Assembly (NCBI GenBank): GCA_051294375.1
Contig: CM119266.1
Coordinates: forward strand, 6,775,431 to 6,839,430
Length of the DNA stretch: 64,000 nucleotides
Source of the DNA: Paraspadella gotoi
Taxonomy: Eukaryota > Animalia > Chaetognatha
Reading direction: 5' to 3'
Part shown: positions 16,320 through 29,370 of the stretch, one piece after another
Numbering within the stretch: the stretch's first letter is position 1
Layout: the number at the start of each line of letters is the position of its first letter
Position numbers and translations under genes: made by a program
The notes under the pieces: model-generated
Told to the model about the DNA's origin: nothing
The model's database searches: none
What the model saw: the letters and a program-made list of their open reading frames with translations, nothing else

Positions 16320-19300
16320 CGAAAAAAGAGCCCCTGGTTCATTAGCCTTTCTCGTTTATCTCTTATAACACATGTACCATTGACCTATGACAATGACCAT
16401 TGTCAAGACCTTTGAATGGACCAATGATAATGAACATAAAAACCCACCTTGTTGTCAGGAAAAACCGACATGGCCAGATCGATTTGTCCATTAGGACTCG
16501 AGTGTAGGAGTCGATCTGTAGTTTGTTCGGAGTTCCGTAGTGAAAAGTGCGAGTCACGTCGTGGTGCCATCTCTGTACAAGGGCGGCCAGATGAATTTTT
16601 TTTTGTGATACGAATAAAAATGTATATAAATATTTCTTATACTAAGTTAGAATATTTTTCCTTTCTTTTAAAACTCAGTTAAAACTTAATATACAAATAT
16701 GTTTTTGTTAATTAAATATAAGTTAGAGTTAATAAATCAAATTAAAGGATTAAGGAACAAAACGGGGGCTTTTGAAAAGAGAGGCCGGAAATGAATTAAA
16801 AATTAAAGATGGAGCGCAAGAATTTGATTCGCGCCCCTGTACTGTCGCCGGAATCGAGCACATTGTCCGGCGCCGATTTTTTGCCGAGTGAATTTTTTGA
16901 GGGATTGTAGTGGATGATGGCGCCTGAAGGAGGGGGAGGAGGAGGAGGAGGAGGAGAAGAAGAAAAAGGGAGGAGGAGGAGGAGGAGGATAGAAAAGGGA
17001 AAAGGGGAGGATAGAAAAGGGGGAGGATAGAAAAAGAGGGAGGATTAGAAAAAAAGGGGAAAAGGGGAGGATAGAAAGGGGAGGATAGAAAAGGGGAGAT
17101 AGAAAAGGGGATGATAGAAAAGGAAGGAAGATGAATAGGGGGAGGATGAAAAGCGGAAAAGGGAAGAAGAGGACAGAAGGGATAGATAGGCAAGAGGTGA
17201 ATTAGAAATAAAAACGGAGAATAATAAAGAGGAAAAAAAAAAAAAACATTCAGTGATGAGAAGCGAATTAAAAAAATGGCAAATTTAAATAATTTAAATT
17301 AAAATAATAAATAATAAGATATAAAACGAAATAACATTCGTCAATCTTCCCCTTCCCCCCCAGCCCCCTCCCTCACCATTGCCCCATATCCGCGATCGTC
17401 GGAAACTCTCCCCCATGCTCTCCTCCTTACTCTTCCTCATCTTCCCACCTCCTCGCCACTTCCGCTTCAGTCGGCCGCTCTCCAGCGCCGACGCGCCCTC
17501 CAGCGCCGCTTGCGTACTCGATCAACGCCGCCGCGTCGCGGACGTGCGCCGCTCGCATCCCGGCGCGCTCCCGTGGGATTTTCTTGACCGCCTGGCGTCG
17601 CGGATCGCGGCGCGTGAAAGAGGCGGCGGTGGGAGGGGATGCGGCGGAAGACTGTATTGGGGGCGTGATGGGATGTGGAAGAGAAGGAAAAGAAAAAAAG
17701 AGTGAAAAGGAGTCAAAAAGAGTGGATTAAAGAACGTGTATATTCTTGTAACAAAGTAGTTGAAATATAAAATGAAAAAAAAAATAAGTAAATGAAATCG
17801 GACAACCGTTACTAATTAATTAGTTAATTAATTAATTAAATAGCGGATGATTTTTTAAAAATTTTTATGAGGGAAAAGGAAAGAGAGTAGACGATTCTTA
17901 TTTCTCAGAATTTTACAAAATGTTTGTTTATTTTAGAAAAACGAAATCCGAAAGGAAAATGAACACTTTATTGCGAAATAGGATATTCTGCGTCTGTAAA
18001 TATTTTTTAATTTCAACCCCTTTAACCTGAACTTTAACTTTAACCTTATCTGAGACTTAAAAACGAATTCAAGTCGAAACGAACTACGTATAAAGGCCAA
18101 TCAAACAAACAAAAAAATTATTGTGCTAAAAAAACATTGAACGATTCAAAACTCCCAAATTGATTCTTATATTAGTAACCTTTCGCGCACTGACCTTTTT
18201 TGAACTTACCTCGTAATTGGAATGCTCGAAAACCAAAACTTTAACTTTGGATCCTCCAACAGTTTTGTCGACTTCGTCGTAGAAATCTTCGTAGTCGGGA
18301 AATCTCCACACCGACGCTTGGGCAAAGGAAAATGTCATCTCCGATTCTTTTGATGTAGTAACCGAAAGTCTGGGACAGATAAAGCGTTTAACGTTAACGA
18401 TAATTTACATTACATTCGCAGCTACATTGTTGCTTTGTTTTGTCAGCAATGGCCCTCATGAAAAATGAAATGAGTTACAACTTGAATTTCGAACAAAGAA
18501 ATGTTTTATTCTGAGACTCATAGCGATCCTTTGCTGCTGCCGAGAAAGCGAGACATCGAATACTACTTCTAACTCCTCTCTCTCTTCTCTCTCTCTCTTT
18601 CTCTCTCTCTCTCGTCTCTCTCTCTCTCTCTCTCTCTCATTTTCTCTCTCACAGCCCTAACCTGTCCACAATCCGGTCGCAGATGTTTGACCATCAAATC
18701 GCCGACTCTCCTCTTTCCGACGAACCACTTGAGTGGAAGGCCTTTGGATTTGGGACGATGACGAACGAGTAGACGACGGGGTTGTAGGGAACGTCTGATC
18801 CACGGATGTTGAGAAGCCAGGCCACCTTGGGGCGGAGGGGCACGGTTATGGTTGAAGGACTTTTCTTTGACTGGCATCAGATAAGCCCATTGACTCATTA
18901 TCAAACGGACATCATTAACGGACTTCTTAAAGCTGACAAGCCTATAATTGGCCGTCGCCCATCAACCCACCTCCATCAAGTCCAGCACCAGCAAGACATC
19001 AGCCCCTTCCTCCTCCATCTTTTCACGAATCATCGTCGTCTTCTCTTCCCACGTGACGCCAGCGAACTTCAAAGGGTGAATCTCGATGTTTCTCTCAGAT
19101 GGGCGTGGCGGTCGGTCTGAGAGATTTTAGTCGCCACTTTTAGAACTTTGGTCGGTTATTTCAACGGCTTATTCATTTATGTTTCAGCTCGGTTGGAAAA
19201 ATTGCTTGAGGTAAAGCTCAAATTAATTGTTTAACTATATTAGACTTTAAAATTTTTTATTAAAATTTTAAAATAAATGTAAAAATTTAATATATTTCAC

Positions 19301-19667
19301 TAGATATTAGATTTAATTATATTCTTCATATAAAGTATATTTTTTTATAATATAATGGGATGTTAGTGTTGTTATATAATCTGTTGGATATAAACGTTTA
19401 CAATAAAGGATTATTATTATTATTAAAATAAAGTTTTCAAAAATTCATAATAATTATAGCAACGTCGAAACATTTTTTAAGAGTTGCAAATCGTTTCTCG
19501 TTCTCCTCAGTCTTTAGAAAACCTGTGGTCCAATCCGCGTCGATCAAATCAACTTCTAATGGAATCAGCGTCACATTTTTGCGCAAGATTTTCGGGTTTG
19601 TCGTCGCCAATTCCCACTCCTGGTTGAATTATGTTAATGATGAGATGGCATGTCTTATCATTTGTTT

Positions 19668-19765
<98 letters not shown>

Positions 19766-20679
19766 GACCTTGATGGAAAAAAGCTTAGGATCGGCGCCGA
19801 TTTTCGATCCCTTCTCTAGTCGGTCACCCAACCAAGTCCACATCGTGGGCACCAATTCCAAAATGCCCCAGTTGCAGTCCAACTCGTTTTCAGCCTGAAA
19901 AATGAGGAACAGTCAAAAATGTTTTTGGACAATGGAAAACCGGGGCAAAGCCAAAAAGACGATTTCAAAAAAAAACAAAAAAAACGACATTATAACATTA
20001 AAACGTTCGAGTCGAAATCTCATAACTGATAGAGTAAGTAGGGTTCTATGGGAAGTTAACGAAGAAAAAAAGTCCGTTTCAAAAAATAAAACTTTGTAAA
20101 CAAAAATAAACTTTGTTTACTCTCTCAATATTAATAAGAAAACATTTAATCAGTCTTGAGTCTCATCTTTTGTTAAAATTAATAAATCCTATGGCTAATG
20201 TTCGATCAATACATGGCGAAAATACCAACAGAAGGGTGACGTGCAATTATGGTCCGTTTAAAATAATACTGAATTTTATTTCCCAAGTTTCAAAGGCGGT
20301 GCGAAGACAATTGAGACTCAAGAGACCCGCCCTCACCCCTCGATCCTACCTGCAAGAAATATCGTCCGTCCGTCCAAATGACGGCGGCGTCGTCAACAAC
20401 GCCGGCAACGCCGGCCGATCCCGAGAATCCGGACAACCAACGGCGCCGCTTGTCAAAGTCGCCGATGTATTCGCTGATGTGTTGATCGGCGGCGCTGACG
20501 ACGTAGGCGTCCAAAGCGGCGTCTCGCATTCGGCGCCGGATGGCGGCCAATTTTGTGTCACTGGGGGTCAGGGGGGCGTCGGAGCATTTGCGGCGTTCCG
20601 ACGCCGGTTTAAAGGCGGCGTCGATGGAGACCACAACGACGACGACGACGACAAAGAGGAAGGATAATCTCGTTGTCAT
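11810..20679 (-). CDS. Xaa-Pro aminopeptidase (aminopeptidase P, M24B) with signal peptide and GPI-type hydrophobic tail (XPNPEP2-like topology), 11 exons after collapsing the duplicated segment
   Basis: Exons 20679-20350, 19894-19769, 19619-19523, 19116-18971, 18825-18662, 15244-15086 (duplicate 18369-18210), 14513-14234, 13562-13472, 13206-13080, 12666-12439, 12151-11810. Motifs DQHISEY, WLSGFSGSAG, IWTDGRYFLQ, VAWLLNIRGSDVPYNP, KNPTE. All five metal ligands present: DSGGQY, DGTTD, HGTGHG, EPGYY, RLEN. Hydrophobic N-terminus ([21 protein letters not shown]) and C-terminus (AMMGVAGVTLVWGLLRVN). Several small indels occur in exons 5-7. Confidence 0.9.
13210..13476 (-). mobile_element. TA-flanked inverted-repeat (Tc1/mariner-type MITE-like) insertion forming intron 8 of the aminopeptidase
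   Basis: Minus strand reads cag TA[CAGGGGCGGCCgaatcaatt ... aattcatctGGCCGCCCTTG]TA cagagat. The arms at 13209-13231 and 13455-13477 are inverted repeats (19/23 identical by eye). The same structure appears in the duplicate copy at about 16575-16843. Confidence 0.7.
13680..13990. repeat. Degenerate purine-rich minisatellite (GGATAGAAAAGGGG-like unit) in an aminopeptidase intron
   Basis: Repeated 'gatagaaaag' cores with G/A spacers; also seen in the duplicate at about 16985-17165. Confidence 0.75.
15439..15463. other. Assembly gap (25 N); other gaps at 24018-24027, 29621-29645, 51679-51703, 55608-55618 and 62340-62349
   Basis: N runs seen directly. Confidence 0.98.
15464..18561. repeat. About 3.1-kb second copy of 12113-15438 (aminopeptidase exons 6-10 plus the start of exon 11), probable assembly artefact
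   Basis: Near-identical collinear sequence on both sides of a 25-N gap (15439-15463). Differences are mostly 1-2 nt indels that break codons. Confidence 0.9.
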
Positions 20680-21109
20680 GGCGACCGTAAAAAGAGCAAC
20701 CGAAGAAAAATGATAAAGCCTTGTATAAATAAATGTTTTATTACGAAATATTTTACTACGTTTCTGATTTTCTGGTAATCGAAACTTTTACATTTCTTTA
20801 AAAGTGAATTTAAATATCGAAAAGCAAATTTCGAGGAATTTCATTTTTTTATTCTTCTTTATTTGACGAAATTATTTTTTTTTAAATCGAATTATAAATA
20901 TTCTAGGCGCCCAGAAATTCACTGTTAAACTTTTCGAAGGTGAATCAATTGTTTGTCCTGGGAAACTAACATCTTAAGCGTGAGATATATGTCGACTATC
21001 GACTATCGAGTGAAATCAATGTTTGTAAGTCTCCACAATGATACCTTTGTCGAAGAAAAAACTTAAATCGAGAATTGAATGAAGAAAAATTAGATTTTTA
21101 TTGAACTTT

Positions 21110-21152
<43 letters not shown>

Positions 21153-21415
21153 TTTTTTCTCTTTTAAATTGTCTCAAATACGAATGAAAATCTTTTGAGA
21201 AAACTTTTGGTGAGGTTTTAAAAACCGAAACGCGGTCGGTAAATCCGGGATTTTTAAAAAAAATTAACAAACAAGAAGAAATGAAAAGGAACTAAATTTT
21301 TTTTTTCTTTGGTGTGATAGAGAGAGAGACGCGTCAAGGAATAAGGAATATTTAGGCTCGAATTAATTTCTCGTGAAATGAAAAGGACGACGACGACGAC
21401 GACGACGACAACGAC

Positions 21416-21473
<58 letters not shown>

Positions 21474-21563
21474 ACGAGGACATTCGATAACTTTGATGGC
21501 CACTTTTGAGGCCTTTATACAAATAATCCATGACTGACTTATCGCGCGGTCATTGTCAGAGCG

Positions 21564-21640
<77 letters not shown>

Positions 21641-22392
21641 TGTTTTTCTCAGTTGTGTGTGTTTTCGCTTCTCTCTTTTTCCATAACAATTGTATCAGAT
21701 TTCAGATATCTGAAGCGAGAAAATAATATTTTATTCATGAGATCAAATTTGATGGCTTCTTAATCGATTCCCTATTTTTTGCCTCTTGACTTTTCAGTTG
21801 AGTGTTTCAGTCAAACGTTTTAGTGGCATTACGTAAATGGCCAACCCGGCTCACACGAGCTTTATTTCTTTTTATCTTTACTTTTTACACGTATTGCGGC
21901 GTTTAATTTCAGTCACTTCACCTTTTACACTTAAACATACCAATTTTTGTAATGGATGACTTATGTTTTTAAAACATCTATTGTAGAAAATCTATAATTC
22001 AACCTTTGCCTTGTCCCCTCCACCCCATAATCATTTCCCCTCCCCTTAAGAAATTCGAGGTCTTTCGTTTTCACCATCGATCTGTCACGGTCATCAGTCA
22101 CGGTCGAAGTCACGGTCGAAGTCACGGTCGAAGTCACAAATCGGTCACGTTCTGATTAAAGGATAAACATTTGTCAAGGTCGTATAGTCAAATAAAAATA
22201 TTTTCAATATCACTGAAATCTTACTAATGGCGATCTCTGTATAACCAACATTTTTAAATTTTATTTTTATGTATCAATTTAAATCTAAACCTGAAAATCT
22301 GAGCAACTTCAGTTAACTTGTGGGAAATAACTTTTTATAATTTGATGAGAGATAAAAATTGAAATCGCAAAAAACCGACGTTAAAATTAATT

Positions 22393-22582
22393 GTGGCTCA
22401 TTGAGTAAAGCCATCAGCTCATGACCATTAGGTACCGGGTTCAATCCCAACGGAAAGCGTGAGAACAGCCGAAAACCGCCTTGGGGGCGTGGAAAACCCT
22501 CAAGCCTGGTTCCAATCCCCCGTTCCATAGAAGTTAAGGATAGTAATCATCAGCCCACTAAGCGCTTTATCCACATAGCCTA

Positions 22583-22625
<43 letters not shown>

Positions 22626-22626
22626 A
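22393..22626 (+). mobile_element. tRNA-derived SINE, copy 1
   Basis: A-box-like TGGCTCATTGAG, B-box GGTTCAATCCC, a body shared with 24442-24686 and a (TAAA)n tail. The sequence atccacatagcctataaat is repeated on both sides of the tail. Confidence 0.75.
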
Positions 22627-22868
22627 TCCACATAGCCTATAAATGAAAACCAAATTCTGGAGATCAAGTTTAGGAATCGTAATTGTGATTAAAAAGACGG
22701 ACATGTAATAAATTTGATTTAAATTAAATTAAATTTAATTAAAATCGACTTGCTGAAGTAGATTGGTAGCTAAATAGAGAGTCCAGTTTACAATTAAAGT
22801 ATAGACCACGAATTATCTTAATAATTACTTAATAATTAACCCTTAAATAGTTATCAAAACGAATCTTC

Positions 22869-22899
<31 letters not shown>

Positions 22900-23660
22900 G
22901 AAATAAAATCTGAACTCTTCACAATTCTTACAGTCAATAATGTAGCAGAATAATTTGTGGTTCATTTCAAATGAGATTGAATAATAATTGAATAACGTTA
23001 GAATAACAGGATTTATAAGAATTGAGAAATTGAGAATTGTCAACTTTATCATAAAATTGAATGAAACGAATAGAGATTTTCAATACTGACATTTCAATAT
23101 CTTCATCTTGAGCCAAGTCACGTGACGTCGACTAGTTAATCCATTCTCTTCATCTTCATCTATTGTCTTATTTTGTTTTCATTATTAATCATGTTGTTTT
23201 AATTTGTTTTTTTATCTTCTCACTCATTCATTTCTGCGCCAATTCGGATTATATTCAATCTTAGGTATGTATATTTTTCTTCTGATCAATTAATTATTTT
23301 ATTCATGACTTTATTTAAATTTTCTCTAAACTTATTTACCATTTTTATGCTTATTAATTGAGCCATTGATTTCTCCGCCAACGAAAGACGAGTAACTCGA
23401 TCCAGCCACCCAAGATTCCCACGAGAGGGCGTCGTCTCTCCAGATCAAAAAACCGATGATCAAAGATCGAAATTTAAGATTCTCTCAATATTTGCCACTT
23501 AACAATATTTGTCCCTTTTTTTTATTGCGTCTCGAATGGAAACGGATTTTTGCCGCCAATAAAATAGGGTTGATCTCTCGATCTCAGTCAGATATCGATC
23601 TTAAATTTTTCTTTTTTAAAAAACCGAAAATATTTCACTCAAATAAGAACCCCCAAAAAA

Positions 23661-26600
23661 ATGAAATTCGTTGTTTTCATCGTTTTGACCTTTTGTTCGT
23701 ACGCGGCGGTTGGATCTTTTAACGGTATTAAATCTAATGATTAAAAACAAGTTATATAAGTGTTTTAATGATCGTTTTAACTCTCACACTGTCACTGCAA
23801 CGATGAGACGAGAACTCTTCAGTGACCTCATCAATAAAACAACAAGAAATTTAAATAATATCGATAACATCGCAAAGTGATCTCGGAGTTAATAAACGAG
23901 ACTGTGAGAAAGTCTTGATTAAAAGCAAGAATCCTTCCAGGATGTATCCTAAGAGAGCCAAAGCTTAAATAGAATTTGGGTAGTGGGTGGTAGTGTCGGT
24001 TAAGCCATTGCGAGAGGNNNNNNNNNNCCTTAAATCGAGGGGTCAGATAAGTTTCAACTACAACAACAACATTTTCAGCTCCTGGTCTCTGCGCTCGAGT
24101 CATCAGAGGTCAATGTGTCACTGAGGAAAATTGCAAAGGAAGAATATTTCGTTCTTTTTGCGGGGAAAAGACGAAAGACGTTTGTTGCAAGGGACCGAGT
24201 GAGACGGGTAAGGGAGAGAGAAGGGGCAGGGAAGGAGGGAGGGGGAGAAGAGTAAGGGAGGGAGAAGGGGTAGGGAGGGAGGGAGGGGAAGAGGGAAGGA
24301 AAAAGAGAGAGAAAAGAAAGATAGAAAGAAAGATATAAAAAACAAAGAATAAATAAATCAATAAATCAATAATAAATAAATAAATATGTAGTCGGGCATA
24401 GCAAAGTTCACCCCGCCTCTAAGCATGACACGTTCAATCTTGACCCGGTGGCTCATTGAGTAAAGCCATCAGCTCATGACCACTAGGTACTTGGTTCAAT
24501 CCCAACCCGGTACCTACCCGGCGGGAAGTGTGAGGACGGCCGTAAGCCGCCTTGAGGGCGTGGAAAACCCCCAAGCCTGGTTCCAAGCCCAGGACCCGTT
24601 CCATAGCTGTTAGAGGGGGTTATAGAAGATAGTAATCTTCAGCCCACTTAGCGCCTTATCCACAAATAAATAAATAAATAAATAAAATGGTTCTCAGTCT
24701 AGGTCAAATTAAAATTCTATTCCGATCGCCAGCGGTGTTTGGAGCGACGTCAACGTCCCCGTTAACAACAACGACAACAACTCAGGCGCCGATTTTGGCG
24801 GAAAAATTCATTTCGAAAAATTGTGGAAAAACTCGTTACGACGACGACGACGACGATAATGACGATGAAAATGTTATCAATCGTCGCATCATTGGTGGAC
24901 ACGAAGCCAGAATCGGCGCCTGGCCTTGGATTGTGAGTTTCACAGTTTGTGAGTCGCAGTTTGTGATTCCGTGAAGGGTAGAACCTGAGTTAGAATTTAG
25001 AAGATTCTTTTCAAGTCGAGACCATCAACTGTTACCGGTTCAGGCTATATTAATAAAAATCCATAAGATGGAAAGATTTTGGATGAATATTTTGTTTCCA
25101 TCTCACGTGAATGAAGGTGATGTGACATCACATTTAGTTTCGATTTCACAAATTAAGGTTTCGTTGAAACACAACGACGAACACCAATGCGGCGGAAGCC
25201 TAATCGGACGCCAATGGGTGCTAACAGCAGCTCACTGTTTTGTGGAGTAAGTCAATTTTTACAGTCTCTCTTTTCAATGTTGTACTTCTATTTCACGGTT
25301 TTGTTCCTCGCTTTAATTTAAAATTTTTACCATTTTATTTAATCTGATTTTTTTTTTAAATTAGTTAATGCACAAAGTTTTACCCAGACAAATAATAGCA
25401 ATCGTTTTAATCAGCAATTTTCTTCTTCACATAAGTTTGTCATTTGTTTTTTTTTTCTTCAAGAGATGTCTCTACTTATCTCCTCTCTTTCCTGTTGCAA
25501 CTAAACCGAAAATCAACAAAAGACAAACGCTTTCCTCCATAGATTAAGCAGCCCCGTTGGATGGACGGCGACTGCCGGCGAACACGACGCCAACGACGAA
25601 ACCGGACACGAATTCGTCGTCGGCATCAACAGAATTTTCCTTCACGATTACAACAGCCGAAGAAAAGTGAACGACGTGGCTCTGCTGTTGCTGGAGAAGC
25701 CTGTGCCTTTCGATATCGGGGATGATGGAGAAGTCGTCGGCTTCATCAACGACATCTGTCTGCCATCGGAGGCTGATATCGTGGAACCGGGGACGATTTG
25801 CCATCTCATGGGATGGGGACGGTTGGGGAATGGTAAGGTCTTTCGAAGACAAACTATGAGCGTCTTCCTTTTTAGAAATAAATCAAGTAATTCTTTTTTT
25901 ATTTTCGATTGCAGTATCACGTTGATATATTTTTATATCCAGATAAATTACAAATATCCATAATTTTTAGTAAAGTTATTAAAGTTTATGAAGTGAAATA
26001 AGTACAGTAGATAATAATATACTAAATAGTGGTAAATACATTACGAGCCTTTCATTCTTGCGCCCTTTTTCGACCACTAAATAATAACATGGTAAATATT
26101 AAATAGTAAATATGAAACCATATACATTGCTTACTAAAAATGCATAAAATATAAATAGAAATGATCCCTAAGCCGGTCCAGCCTCTGACGTCCTTCAAGA
26201 AGTAGAGATGAAGCTCCAACCTCTTCGTTCCTGCATCGAGACCTACAACGACACACTCGACGGAGTCTTGCAGCGCGACCCTTACGTCGTCGACCAGAAG
26301 ATGCTTTGCGCGGGATTTAAAGAGGGAGGGAAAGATTCTTGCAGGGTGAGATCTGAGGTCAAGGGTGGGTCTTGGGTCTTGGGATCTGAGGTCTGGGATC
26401 TGGGATGTTAGGTCAAGGGTGGGTGTTGGGTGATGGTAATACCACAATCTGTATTGAACAATGCATTGGACTGGCGATAAAGTCCCACTTCTGCTATATG
26501 TATGCAAAATGAGGGAGTATTTCACTGAGATTATTCCGGAAGTTATACAGGTGTTGGTTATTTAATATTCGTTCGTTTATTCACTCATTAACTCAATTCT

Positions 26601-26939
26601 TCATTCATTGCTTCCTTGATTCCATTCATTTATTCATTCAATCATTCATTCATTCATTCATTCATTCATTCATTCATTCATTCATTTATTCATTCCATTC
26701 CATTCCATTCCATTCCATTCTATTCCATCCCCGATTCCATCCTCAAGGGCGACAGCGGCGGCCCTTTAACTTGTCGGCGTCCCGACGGTCGCTTCTTCGT
26801 CGCCGGCGTCACGTCCTACAGCAGAGGTTGCGGTTTCGCCAACGTTCCTTCGGTCTACGCCAAAACCGGCGCCCATTTGGCGTGGATTCGTGCCACGATC
26901 CGCGCCAACACGGTCGGTGGCGGGAAAGTCGATGCCTGA
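23661..26939 (+). CDS. Secreted trypsin-like serine protease (S1A), 6 exons
   Basis: Exons 23661-23724 (signal peptide [19 protein letters not shown]), 24733-24932, 25158-25246, 25543-25832, 26173-26345, 26748-26939, all in phase. Activation site RR|IIGG with a propeptide CG. Catalytic triad intact: LTAAHC, NDVALL, GDSGGP. KDSC gives Asp189 (trypsin-like specificity). Exon 1 is the least certain. Confidence 0.9.
24442..24686 (+). mobile_element. tRNA-derived SINE, copy 2 (in intron 1 of the protease)
   Basis: gtggctcattgagtaaagccatcagctcatgacca...ggttcaatcccaac...gggcgtggaaaaccc.caagcctggttcca...gatagtaatc.tcagcccact.agcgc.ttatccaca followed by (TAAA)n, homologous to copy 1. Confidence 0.75.
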
Positions 26940-28049
26940 GAATCAAAAAATTCGAACAAAAAATTTAGGGTCGCGAAATCTCAAAACAAACTTTTTGGTT
27001 TGTTTATTAATGAATTTGACTAAATTCAAACTATTTAAAATATGGTAATTTTACGTAATTCGGCGAACAATTTTTTTTTTTTGGTATTATATTTGCTTCC
27101 TTGCGATTTCTTCTCCTACATCTGTAGTTCATACACGCTTGTGAATTATTTCTGTATCAATAAAACAACAAACATATGTGAAATAAAAATTGATTTTATT
27201 ATTTAATATGTATTGCTCCAATATAAAAAAGTTAATTACATAATTACATACTCTAAAAATACCGAAGAAGTTAGGTGGCGCTCTTCACCAAACCGCGCCC
27301 CCTTCAACGCCCCCCTTCAACGCCCCCCTTCACCGCTTTTCCCCGAAATGCGACGCAGCACATCGACGTCACTTTGACGCGCGTCCACTTGGCGGCGTCA
27401 CGTGGGCGATTGTGACGGCGCGTGGCGAATAATGGGTGACGCGTGCGAAGAGGGCGCTAATTGTCGACGCCTTCGCTCGATCGAGGATTTAATGGAATCG
27501 AAAGAATCAATTGTCTGATCGACATTGTCGTCTTAATTGCTCATTGCTGACCTCTGGTTGTCGTTATTTTTGCCAGACCATGGATGTACTATTTACCGTC
27601 GTAAACATGTAAACAGATTGTAATAAAGTAGTCAGTACGAGCCGTAACTTAATGTACTTGTGTGCGCTTACTTTATACAATATACATCATATCATTCTCG
27701 AGAAATCTATGCTATGTCTAATTGTCTATGTCTAATTGTCTATGCCTACGTTGGAACAGTTGCGTCTTTATAGGATTTAGCGGAAGTCCGCTGGGAGAAT
27801 CCTCCTCTTCTCCTCATTCTCCTCCTCCTATTTCACCTCCTCCTCATCCTCTTTCTCCTCCTCCTCCCTCTTTCTCCTTCTCCTCTTTCTCTTCCTCCTC
27901 TTTCTCCTCCTCCTCTTCCTCTCCCCTCTTCTTATTCTTCTCAATTTTATCCTCATTACGATTTGTTTTCTCTTTCTTCTCTTCCTCTTCCTCTTCTTTC
28001 CTCTTCCTCCTCCTTATTAGATGGAATCTTCGCTTTCGCCGTCGAAGAG

Positions 28050-28400
28050 AAGAGAATAGGAAAAGAGAAAAGAAGAGAAGAAAATAGGAAAAGAGAAAAG
28101 AAGAAAAGAAAATAGGAAGAAAATAAAATAGGAAAAGAGAAAAGAAGAAAAGAAAATAGGAAAAGAGAAAGGAAGAAAAGAAAATAGGAAAAGAGAAAAG
28201 AAGAGAAGAAAATAGGAAAAGAGAAAGGAAGAAAAGAAAATAGGAAAAGAGAAAAGAAGAAAAGAAAATAGGAAAAGAGAAAAGAAGAAAAGAAAATAGG
28301 AAAAGAGAAAAGAAGAGAAGAGAATAGGAAAAAAGAAAAGAAGAGAAGAAAATAGGAAAAGAGAAAAGAAGAAAAGAAAATAGGAAAAGAAAAAAGAAGA
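28050..28400. repeat. 28-bp purine-rich minisatellite (AAAATAGGAAAAGAGAAAAGAAGAGAAG-like), about 12 units
   Basis: Visible tandem units; the 28-aa periodicity of the spurious minus-strand ORFs equals 3x28 nt. Present again at about 29845-30190 in the duplicated block. Confidence 0.85.
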
Positions 28401-29370
28401 GAGGAGAATTGAAGAGAAGAGAGAAGGAGAAAAGAGATGACAAAAAAAATAATTTCACTCACAAACGTTTCTTTTCTGTGCATCTTATTTTTTAATTTGT
28501 CTATTTATTTATTCATTTATTCCTTTTGCTTTACAAATGTACTCCAATCTCTTTGTCTTTTTCGTTTATTTATAAAAGTCGTTACGTTCAAATCTTTCAC
28601 AACTCTAAGTGATTAATCTCACGCAAGAAATTCTCTTAATTTCTGACTTCCATAGCTAGCGATTTTTATGGACGCGAGCATTTGGAATAGCGAGCGAAAT
28701 AGCGAGCATAGAAAAGCGCGGGATTTCCGTTTCGACCGAAACTCGTCTCTCGCGCGCAAAGCGACGCGTTGAGTCACGTGATCGTGCGAAGTGAGTCACG
28801 TGATATCGTGAATTATCTGTTGTCGATTTGGACGAAGTCTTGCGACGTGAATGAATCGTGAGGAACGAATTATCGATAACGAAGAATGAGAAATGAACGA
28901 AACGACGAAGAAGAATTGAATGAATTCGTTAAGAAATGAGATGATTCGTTAAGAAATGAACGAAACGACGAAAAATAAATGAAAATTTGAAATTTCAAAC
29001 GATAGTAAAACAAAGAAAAATTCAAACGCGCCCCCCCCCAAAAAAAACCTCGAAAAATGACGCCAATTAAGATTACAACTTTCAAGAGATTTGAAAATGA
29101 GTGGAAAAAATGAAAAAGTTAATCCAATGCGGAATTTGACTCACGCAAAATGCAGTCACTTTGTTGGTGAGAATTTCACGTCAACTATTATGAAAAATTG
29201 CCGTATTATTGCTTACTTTTAAAGATTAAAATATTTATATTTCGAAAGTTAAGATTAAGGATTAAGTTAGTATTTGATGTGTGAATTTTAAAAAGGTTCA
29301 ATTTATTAAGAATCACAGTTGGTGTCGTCCATTCATCCAAGTGAAACAGTTAAAAAATAGTTCTATCGAT

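Noticed and set aside
15712-17716. A separate aminopeptidase paralog or pseudogene
   Set aside because: Introns are as similar as exons, differences are read-error-like indels, and the copy abuts a 25-N gap, so an artefact is more parsimonious.
22393-22450. tRNA gene
   Set aside because: A and B boxes are present but I could not form a cloverleaf, and it continues into a shared body and TAAA tail, so it is called a SINE head.
23191-23500. Alternative first exons for the serine protease
   Set aside because: The ATG at 23191 hits a stop after three codons, whereas 23661-23724 gives a clean signal peptide in the right phase. The region could still be 5' UTR.
27465-27520. eh1/octapeptide-like peptide (SIEDLM) as a possible Vsx first exon
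   Set aside because: The required Phe is out of frame, a stop follows, and no convincing start or donor links it to 31727.
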